A DNA stretch of 64,000 nucleotides from Schmidtea polychroa (lineage: Eukaryota). A program made the position numbers and the translations under genes. The DNA is taken from positions 92,752,001 through 92,816,000 of the forward strand of contig CM097886.1 of NCBI GenBank assembly GCA_044892525.1. Reading direction: 5' to 3'. Of the stretch, positions 22,988 through 34,900 are shown in pieces. Within the stretch, counting starts at the first letter, position 1, and the number at the start of each line of letters is the position of its first letter. The notes beneath the pieces were generated by a model. The model worked only from the letters and a program-made list of their open reading frames with translations, had not been told where the DNA came from and made no database searches.

Positions 22988-25900
22988 ATGTCGATGATCT
23001 ATATGATACCAGCGTGTTTTTTATTTGCTCTATCGCCTACTTTTATAATATTATGGATCCCTCTGTTTTTAATATCAAAGTTATCAATGAAATTATATAT
23101 TTATCTCGACGAAAAGCTGTATTCCATTTATCAAAGAAGTGTTGTTTTGTTTTATGAACAAATAGTGGGAGCTGAAGTATTTTTAATAAATAACCTTTCT
23201 TAATTAACTGTCTCGAGGTTTTATTTTATGGTGACCATGAAAAAGTTTTTAAAAAGAAAGAAAATGTTTTATATATTTGCAATCATCAGTCTACTGGTAA
23301 TATTTATAAATTGCAAAATATTAATTAAGTTAAATTTCCTAGTTGATTGGGTTATGTCAGATATAATTATAGCAAGACAAGGAGGTATAGGAAGATTGAG
23401 GTATATTTTAAAGGATGAATTAAAATTCATTCCACTTTATGGATTTTACTTTTTCATGGTGAATTTTGAATTTTATTAATTTAGAATAGAATATTATTAT
23501 AATCCAAACTATTAAATAATAATATTTCAATTAAATAACTATTTTATAATATATGATTTTATTTCAATCAAATGTTTATATAGGTATTATTTAAACAATA
23601 TTAAATTATATTTTTTGTAAATAAATTTAATTAAATTTGTTTATTATAAGAAATACATAAAAACAGGCAAATTATGCAAATATTATGATTTAATCATATT
23701 TATACTTGATTCTCTTGGTTCCTTTTAGGAGGCGCAATTTAATCACAGTTGATTTTTGTCTGGTAAATTGCGTCAAAAACTCACAAAAAGTAAAATCGCA
23801 TTTGAGTATTTAATCGGTTTCAAATGGAATATCAACGAAGCGGTATAGGCAGTTTTTTATAGGAATCGCTTGTAGGAATGCTCGATAGGTAATAGGGGGA
23901 TTAGGATATTAGGAAAAGGAAGCGCTGGAATATATTTTGGTGTTATATTACTCGTTTTTGATTGGTGGAATTCTTTGTGGATTTTCGTCTTTAATTAATA
24001 CGTTCAAAATGGAACATAGAGGAAGGGAACAAGGGATCGAGTATACTATTCAATAAAGCACGATATAGACGTGCCGAATGTCAACTGTTTGATTATTATG
24101 CAATGAAAGGTTGAAATTTTGGGAATTTATATTGATTATGTAATCAAATATGTAATTTGGACTTGTTACGTAATAACCTATAACATAATCATATTATTGT
24201 ATGATATTACTCAATAACTCTATATCATTGCGTGTATGACTTAACTATGTAACAATTTTGATATTGTTATGTCATGACATAATAAATTACATAAGAAACT
24301 TATACATTAGGAAAGTAGTGTACAATGATAATATTTCATATAGAACTTGTCATATAGTGCAATAAGTAAACGGAAATACATATAATTATATTAGAAGTTA
24401 TGCTATTATGGACGAACAGAAAGTTTTACATATTGTTGTGTTTAGTTATCGGTTGTGTATCAAATAAATAATATATCTGACTTCGAACGTGATTTATTCA
24501 ACATCATGTAACGAATTCCGAACAATATAACTATTGAATACCACAAATGGTTATAACGATTACAATGACACTAGTTACTCAATGCAACTCAAACGTATTC
24601 GGGTGCTTATTACAACCCTTCTAGAGGAATAGCGCTTTGGAAACACTTTAATTGTACGATAACTTAACTGCTGCTAGTGGCTGACAGCTCACACAATTGA
24701 CCTGGATGCTTTCCTGCCTTGACTTAGGACTTTAACAATTTCCGCTTGTTAATTTGATTAAGCAATTATATTTCTGTTTCTCTTTGGCTGTTTCGTTTTA
24801 TCTTTTATTAAACATGGTTTCAATTTCACTTTTCGAATTTTCTTATGTCTTTCGTAATTAGTGTCTTTATTCTATACCTTGCCATTTCCTGACATTTGTA
24901 GATTATTATCTTGTGTTCCAGCATATTCCTTTAGATATTCCTAATTTCCACATTTCTTGTTTATTTATTTTTCCGACTGTTCCAGTGATTTATTCGTTAT
25001 TTCCATTCCCAAATTGTTTTTGTCTTTATTTATACTTATTAATTAAAAATAACCTTGTCACGTTCCATTGTTCGATTTCATTGATTTTTTCCTGTATCTT
25101 TTTTGTTTTGCAATTAACTTCGCTTCATTCATTTTTTTCAGAATTTGAGAGCATGGCCATTTTCCCTTGATTATTTTTATTCATTTTGGGACATTATTTA
25201 ATTTTTATTATTCAGCTACTCTCAACAATAATTATGCAACAAATTTTTAATTATTGTGTAATTTAATAAAATTGTGTAACAGAATTATAAATAATATAAG
25301 AAACATATAGATCAAGAAGGTATTATACAATAGCCACACTAATGGTGTTACATAACAACTGTTACATTATAATTCATTGCATAATGAGGAATCTAGTTGT
25401 TATGCCACTAGTATGTATTGATTATATAGCGATACTGTGTTACATCATGTAATTGTCAAAGAATATCTGTTTTTGCTCCAGAAAGTAATCATCAATTTTA
25501 ACCAATTTCGTCAGTTATAAATCTCTAAAACTATAATTTTTTTAAATTTTAATCGATAACATAATATTTTATTATCAATATAATTCGCAAATCAATTTTC
25601 TATCGAATGATAATAAAATTAATTCAATTATAAATATATAAAAAAGGCAGTGTCGAAAATTAGTGAATAACAAAAAACATCGATATCTTTACTGATTCAT
25701 AGTCAATTTTTTTTATAAATACAATACCAATTGAAAAGAAATCAGAGGTGAAAACCGAAAGAAGATCTCACAATATATAAAATTAAATAGGCATTTTATA
25801 TTCTATAATAATTTTATTTCAATTGATAATATGCATTTTACTCAATTTGCACAAGTGACAACTGCACTAAGATTATTTTCGCGAAAAGTTAGCTATATTG

Positions 25901-28900
25901 ATAATAATTAAAAACTTTTAATGTGTGAATCTTTATATGAACTGGGAAAGTAAATAATAAAATCCCTGGATATTTGGACAATAAATTGGAGAGAATTGGA
26001 TTTGATCTAGATATTAGAACCTGGTAAAAAAAGAAGTATAATATAAAATAAAATTGTAATCTGACTCCATTTGACCTTCATCTTAAAACAATAAGATCTA
26101 ACACAATTAAGTTTTATTTCCAATTCAGTAATCACAAATATTCAATCTTTCAATAATAATAGTTTCGTCAAACGCCTGATGTTCTAATCGAATCTGATCA
26201 ACACTAATTCCAAAACTCAGTACCTTAAAAAGTCTCTGATATTAACACAATTTGTCTTCGACCGGGAATGATAAATTAAACTAACTTTGTCTTTCCTTAT
26301 CTAGACAAGCTCGGGGATTTTGTTTTCCTATTAAAAAGATTTATGTTATCAATAGGATTTTAATCAAATAATTAGTTTGTATTTTTCTAATAACTCTTCT
26401 TAGAGACCCCCATCCATCAATTTATAATTATTTTATTCAAATTTATATCTCTATTCATACCTCTCCCTCTAACAAATATTTATTTTTCAATTATTATAAT
26501 TACATTTTTGAATTTGAATTTAATTTCTTGAATTATTTAATTATTTAATCCAACAAATAAATTTTAATTGATAATATGCATTTTTATTCCATTATTATTT
26601 GAAAATCGATTTTTCTTTATCGAAAGATGCATAATATATTCAATATGTATATTCTATATTTTAAATTTTCAAAAGAACTTCTAGCTATATTGGAGTAGAT
26701 GGATTGGGCACCGCTAGCACAGTATCCCCCCTCCCCCCGGTCGTCATATTTTTCAAAAATATGCTAAGTCTAAAAGTACATTTTTTTAAACAAAGACATA
26801 AGACTCATCAAGGTCATTGAATCTTTGTTTGAATGACCTTGAAAATTTTTTTGACCTTGATGAGTCATACGACCTTGAAAATGACCTTGATGAGTCATGG
26901 TCTTTGTTTCAATGACCTTGAGAAATTTGATGAGTCATACTGTGAGTCATGGTCTTTGTTTCAATGACCTTGATGAGTCATATGTCTTTGTTTTAAAAAA
27001 TGTACTTTTAGACTTAGCATATTTTTGAAAAATATGACGACGGGGGGGAGGGGGGTACTGTGCTAGCGGTGCCCAATCCATCTACTTATTGGCAATAAAT
27101 AAATTTCAATTTAAAAATATAATTAATAAAAATTCGAATAATGAGATAAGAAAAAGAATTTGATCCAAATATCGAAATTGTGTTAATAAAATCAAAGGAC
27201 CGGTAAAATAGAATGTCTCATTGTAATTCGCAGCATAGAAACTTTATTAACAAAATATGAAACTTGATAATATTTGTAACATGGTTAATTTTAGCGTAGA
27301 TGTTACATTGTACTTCACTCTGCAATTATTGAATTTTGCACTTAGTCCAAAGATTATTTCAACAATATTACTGTTCCTGGATGGATTATAATGGATTATA
27401 TTGGATTACTAATTTTTTTTATTTTTTCGTAGTCTTAATTAAAAATTAACAATAAAATAAAATTTGCATATTTTGAAATATTTTTTCTTATTTCAACTTT
27501 TTCACTATTGATTCAAAATAGTATTGATTTTTCCCAGTGAATTATTTAATGAAATTTTTTTTGTATAAGCACCATTAACATAAAACACTTTTGTCAAATA
27601 TTTTTTATACATATGGTCGTTAATTAATTTGCAATCATTATGGGATCTTTTGAATGGCCAATACCGGTTCTTTCCCATTATGTTTTGGTTGAACTATACC
27701 AATGCTATTCAGAATCAATTGTTTCGTAAGGTTTCATAAACAAACTCTTTCATCCACTAGGAAGCATTTATTAACACTTTAACAGATGATTTATTAACGA
27801 GAGCGTCATATGTTATATAAAATCACTACTTTTGTTCACATGTAATTATACATTCCGATAATGTTTACTACACGACAACAATGACTTAGAAATTGACAGT
27901 ATTTGCATTTTTTAATTTCATGTTATCGCGTGTATGACCAGTTTATCCATCTATCGAATCTTTGCAATTTTGTCAAAATGTCCTATTATTTGCTCTATCT
28001 GTCTCGAGATTCGGAAAATCTTAAAAAAAGAGTTTACTAAGTCAAAATTATAGACTGAAAGAAATTTTGAATTGACAGAATGTTTGGTCGTTCTGATGTC
28101 AAAATGTAACGCAAAATTTAATTTAAGGGTAAAGCAAAATTTGTTTAAAAATTTTCTTGGAATTTCAAACAATTTCTAGTAACAGCAAATAAATGGATGA
28201 ATTTTTTCCTTCAGTTATTCCTAAGCCTACTCATTGTATCTTTCATGGGTTTCTTTAGGCAGATCTCGAGTGATTGTACAACACTGATTCAAATTGCAGA
28301 AATTACGTCAATATGTGTTTCACATTTTTCTTGAGTAACCACAAGTAGGTAGAAGTGTGGAGCCGAGAACAAAGACATGAATAATCATTTTACGGAACAA
28401 AAACATATGACACTTGGGGAGGGGGTATCTCTTATTTATTTTTTGATTTTTTTAAAAAATATTTTGGATTATAAAAATAATCCATATCAAGGAACTGAAT
28501 ATATCAAGTCAATTATTATTATTATTATTATTATTCAGATGTAAATATCACAACTAAAGTATCTCATAAATAACAAGAAAATTATAAAAGTTAAACATCA
28601 AATCATCATTGATATGTTTTCAATTCTATAGTATTTATTTATTTTATTGATTCCCACTTTTATTTCTTTACCTAACCTTATATTACATCATTTTACCTAC
28701 GAAAGTGAATCATATTTGCAAAAATATTGAATAAAATTTGACAAAAGAATATTCATTCAGTCTCAATTCTATGATTTCAGTAAAGGAATGAAATACATTT
28801 GAGGTGTGGAGTCTCACAGTTATTCTCTTGACATTAAATGTAAAAAGGATGTATTTGTTTAAGTAGAAATATTCCAAACCAGCTTTTCATATTTCTCATT

Positions 28901-31900
28901 AACATATGTCGAATCTAACTAATTATTCTTTTAATTCTCATTTCCTCCATTATTTCTTCCATTTTTGGTAAATCAGAAATCGAAACCTCAAATTTATTTC
29001 CTTTAACTTCACTACTTATTGATTGAAAGTAATATTGATGAATCGAATTCAAGGTGGATTCAAGCTCTAGCAAATGATTGTCTGTGTCTTGAATTCTTTC
29101 TAAAGCTTCTTGAGTCAATCTTACTCTTGCATTAGAAAATCTTAAATTTCTATCATTGGTAATATCTATTGCTTCCTTTAATACATTATAAGGTGTAACC
29201 TGCACGACTTTCTGAGAGTGCTCCCATATATCAACGCGGTCGTCAATAACGGCAACAATGTTGTCATTTTTTGCGAATTGATTTGCTAATGTCCGAAGTT
29301 TATAAAATTGGTTTACTATATTCCTTGCCGTTGTAATCCTATTTCCGAAATATAACATTTCAGGGTCAATTAATTCCATAGCTATGTTCACGTAATTACT
29401 GTTTCCTAAACTCATAGCATGGAGTTCAAACTTGTTAGAAATTCTTTCTAGAAAATCGTCTAAATTCGGTCTTAACTTTACAAAACAGCAAGGGTATTCT
29501 GAGCTTTTCAATTCAACTGATTCAATATCCTTAAGTGTCCTATGATTGATCTGATCCTTCACGAAAACTGTATGAAGCAATGTTTCATCAATGTCACAGA
29601 CTAAAACTAGTTTTCCGGCTTTCAATAAATTTCTACTGTATTCTTGAGAATATTTCATGAAAATAATGTTTTAACAGAGTCTTTAATAAAACAAATAAAT
29701 AAAAAGTTTGTAATATTAAAAGCGGAAAATATTAGATAAATTAGATAAATAATTACATAAATTAATGCTAGCCTTGTTTCATAGAAAGTGAGCCATTATA
29801 TCATGTTTAATATATTATTTTATCCTTATAAAATTGTATGTAAAAATGAAATTATTTCAATATATAAGAAAATAATATTATTTTCGAAATTTCTTAATTT
29901 ATATATTATAAAATAAAGATTCAATTTGTACTTTCACAATTTTAAATAATTAACATGATCTTATTTACCAAATAATAACCAACATCTTTTAAAACAAAGA
30001 ATACGAATGTTTTAATTTAATAAGTATTTGGCTGTTTCCATAGCTCCTATGGAACTCTATATTAACGAAAAAAGTAATAGCTTCATTCTTCACCTTTATA
30101 TGTCTATAGTTTTCAATGTATAAGATTACGCTAGTTAAGTGTCAGTCACTTTGATTGGAAACTTTTTCCTTTCAATTCAACACAATTATTATCTCATTTC
30201 GGCATTTCTTAAAACAGCAAGAGTCACTTAATTTGTTTTAAACCGTCATTTTCGTTATTGTTTTAATAACACAAGGTTGTTTATTTAATTCATAACATAT
30301 TTTCCAACGGAAAGAGTATTACAATTTTATATTAATAAGATTTTTTATATATTATTATTGTATTTACATTAATTACTTTGTTATATTATTATACACTATT
30401 TATTCATTGTTTATTATCCTGTGTATTAAAACTAATTTCGGGATTTATGTTTTTACTATATTTTATTCATAAAAATTAATAATATTTAAACATGAAATAT
30501 TACAAATTTAAATATATTTTTGGAGTAGTAAAGATTGTTTTCAGTTACTTCTTTAATATGTTTTTCATTATCAGTAATATTTCTAGATTTCAGTTTACAC
30601 TACATATTTTTTATTCTTTAAATCTCTTCATATTATGAAATAATCGTATTTATCAGATATTTATCAGATTATCATATTATTTCAGATTTAAGTTTATTTC
30701 GACAAAAATATTATATAATATATCAATCCGAATTGCACATTTAAATACAACATTTATTAAATCATTTTACCAAATAACAATACTGGACTATATTGAAACA
30801 TTATTCTGTAATAGAAACAATGTTTTCATTAAAGTTAGTAGTTTATTCATGTTGAATTTTCAAGATAATTTGATAGTATGTATCTCGCCGAAGGGACAAC
30901 AATGTCATTGGAATCATTGTCTAGTTAATAATATTTTTCGTATTATTAGTTACTTTTAATAAAATATACTGTTGAAATAAATTTATTTTTTCATCACAAT
31001 GCAGTTTGATCTACAATGTTTCGGGTTTTACAGTCAGGAGCAAAAACGTACAAATTCTTCCCAGTTCTTATTTGATATCTAATCATTGTATTATACTGTA
31101 TAATGTGTAGATAATATACTTTATTTAATATTTTTAAGTATATATAATTATAGTATTTTAATATTGTAATAATTATTGCATACTTCTTAGATCGATCTAA
31201 TATTTATATATTTTATTAGCAGAAATTCTATATTCGAATATTTAAATTGTTTGAAACAATATTTATTAATAATTGGGGATATTGATATTTATACCGTTAA
31301 TTACATTGATATTTAGATAATTAACTAATAAAAAACGGTAAAAAATAAATATTTATTAATGAATTTTTTACCAAAAAATAGGGAGTAGAGCACCCCGTTC
31401 ACTCCCGATTGTCAAACCAACCCAGTGTTGACCTGTCCATGGACCCATGGGAGCCTCGTGGAAAATTTAGTGGTGTTAGCTGTTACAGGGTGTTATAAGT
31501 ATTTAGGGTTATATTCTAAACTTGACTTTATATAAATAATTATCTTTGTTAGTCGAATGCTTGGTAAGTTTTGTAGAAGATATGTAAGAGCCCAGTAGAG
31601 TCTCCTTTAAAGCTTGTATTGGGACTGTTGGGATGTTTGTGTGTAATGCGTGTGTATATATTAATCACAATTAAAGTAAATGATTATTTTCAACCAAAAC
31701 AAAATATAGAACCAATTAACTTAATTAACTTTTATTACAAAAAAATACTAATAAATCGACCTTAAAATTTAATTGGCTCCAATAGATTGAAATAGAACTT
31801 GGAATTGTACGGCTTTAATATATTGAAATAGAACTTGGAATTGTACGACTCTAGTTTTGTGTTGCTAAGTTTCTTAAATTTTTTGTTTAATTTCGTTTTT

Positions 31901-34900
31901 GATTTTTTTATTGATTTTTTTTTTCAAATTTAATTTTTATAATTATAATAATAATAACATCAATAAAATAAATAAGACAAAATAGCGAACCGGCAGACAA
32001 ACAAACATTCTTCTTTATATAGATAGATTAAAACATTTAATCAGAAGAAACTTGACAGATAATTTGATGAAATTTAAGAAATACAACCTTAGAAAATAAT
32101 AATTATTAAAAATATAATATTACTTATATACAAGAAACAAAAAGTATCAACAAATCTTAAACTTATATTTGAATAAGAAAATACCACCCGGTTTCATAAT
32201 ATATGAGACATTTGAATCTTTATTTTATAATATATAAATTAAGAAATTTCGAAAATAATATTATTTTCTTATATATTGAAATAATTTCATTTTTACATAC
32301 AATTTTATAAGGATAAAATAATATATTAAACATGATATAATGGCTCACTTTCTATGAAACAAGGCTAGCATTAATTTATGTAATTATTTATCTAATTTAT
32401 CTAATATTTTCCGCTTTTAATATTACAAACTTTTTATTTATTTGTTTTATTAAAGACTCTGTTAAAACATTATTTTCATGAAATATTCTCAAGAATACAG
32501 TAGAAATTTATTGAAAGCCGGAAAACTAGTTTTAGTCTGTGACATTGATGAAACATTGCTTCATACAGTTTTCGTGAAGGATCAGATCAACCATAGGACG
32601 CTTAAGGATATTGAATCAGTTGAATTGAAAAGTTCAGAATACCCTTGCTGTTTTGTAAAGTTAAGACCGAATTTAGACGATTTTCTAGAAAGAATTTCTG
32701 ACAAGTTTGAACTCCATGCTATGAGTTTAGGAAACAGTAATTACGTGAACATAGCTATGGAATTAATTGACCCTGAAATGTTATATTTCGGAAATAGGAT
32801 TACAACGGCAAGGAATATAGTAAACCAATTTTATAAACTTCGGACATTAGCAAATCAATTCGCAAAAAATGACAACATTGTTGCCGTTATTGACGACCGC
32901 GTTGATATATGGGAGCACTCTCAGAAAGTCGTGCAGGTTACACCTTATAATGTATTAAAGGAAGCAATAGATATTACCAATGATAGAAATTTAAGATTTT
33001 CTAATGCAAGAGTAAGATTGACTCAAGAAGCTTTAGAAAGAATTCAAGACACAGACAATCATTTGCTAGAGCTTGAATCCACCTTGAATTCGATTCATCA
33101 ATATTACTTTCAATCAATAAGTAGTGAAGTTAAAGGAAATAATTTTGAGGTTTCGATTTCTGATTTACCAAAAATGGAAGAAATAATGGAGGAAATGAGA
33201 ATTAAAAGAATAATTAGTTAGATTCGACATATGTTAATGAGAAATATGAAAAGCTGGTTTGGAATATTTCTACTTAAACAAATACATCCTTTTTACATTT
33301 AATGTCAAGAGAATAACTGTGAGACTCCACACCTCAAATGTATTTCATTCCTTTACTGAAATCATAGAATTGAGACTGAATGAATATTTTTTTGTCAAAT
33401 TTTATTCAATGTTTTTGCAAATATGATTCACTTTCGTAGGTAAAATGATGTAATATAAGGTTAGGTAAAGAAATAAAAGTGGGAATCAATAAAATAAATA
33501 AATACTATAGAATTGAAAACATATCAATGATGATTTGATGTTTAACTTTTATAATTTTCTTGTTATTTATGAGATACTTTAGTTGTGATATTTACATCTG
33601 AATAATAAATAATAATAATAATAATAATAATAATTGACTTGATATAATCAGTTCCTTGATAAGGATTATTTTTATAATCCAAAATATTTTCATTTTATTC
33701 AATATATACTTTGCATTAAAAGGCTTGTGTTACCATTTAATTGTTTGACATTTAATTTAATTCATGCTGCTACCAAGAAATGATCACTTTATATAATAAT
33801 AATAATATTAATTCGTGATTTTGGGCATAACAGTGTCCTTGTTATTTTAATATTTAGGTTACGATGATTCAAAAATTTTAAAAATAAAACAGATTAAATT
33901 CATAAAATAACAACATGATTGGATTTTTTTAAATTTCTCCAATACACAATAGACTCATAAAATAACACAAAGTGAACTTTTAAATAATCATAGGCTCATA
34001 TGACACTTTATCCAATCCATGTTGTTGTTTTATGAATTTAATCTGTCTAAAATACCGATGTTAAGGATATGCAAAGGTTATGCAGGAAGTATAAAAATTA
34101 TACTAAGCATTCACGATAGGTAAATATTAGAAAAGTATCTCAAGATAGAAATATTACTTTCCTAATTGATAAACTACTTTCCGTATAGTTCAATATGATT
34201 TTAGTAATATTGAAATGAATATTGGATGTTCAACCAAGTGATGCTGGGATAATACATTTTTTGTGCAGTTACAAAAGCTAGCATCTAAAATTTCTAATAG
34301 TTTATGCCAATTTCGACAATTAATAGCTAAGTTCCTCTATGAATAATGGAATAATTTCTGGAAATTTAAATCTTGAAATTGATATAAATATCTGAAAAGG
34401 AATTCTGGCACATTTTCAGTTATAATATCAATATAATAGTTTCTTATTTGACAATTAGGGTGCTATTGATATTATTAAAAAATGAAAAACAATTGCAGAT
34501 ACACTATTTTTCATTCTCTATTCTATAAATTGAACACTTAGCCATGTTTAATTAATTTCAAAACTGATTTCTAAATATTTTAAAGACTTTCAAATCAACT
34601 TCTGTAGTGCTTTTATCCCATGGGGACAGCTCTTTTCTTCAGTATGTTATATTCTTGTAACATCATTTTCAGCTCAGTACAATCGCATGGTTAATCATAA
34701 TTACAGCACTACTCCATCACATTGACAATATCTTTTCCTTTTTTGACATCTCTGTGCCGACCGAATTTTGAATTCATATCTCAAACACCATCTTAGGTAC
34801 ATTAAATTAATTGGCAGTTTTACGCAATGATATTTCACTTGAAACAATTTTAACCTATGTTCCTTGTCATCTTTTCATACAATCATTAGTGAAACAAATA

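Larger units (their letters stand above)
28456..33690. repeat. Large inverted duplication: arms 28456-29924 and 32212-33690, spacer 29925-32211
   Basis: Arms are near-identical reverse complements with scattered substitutions and a different (AAT)n length. Confidence 0.95.

Noticed and set aside
34050-34900. Possible degenerate coding region on the minus strand (MULE/SWIM-like)
   Set aside because: Too many stops and no unambiguous motif.
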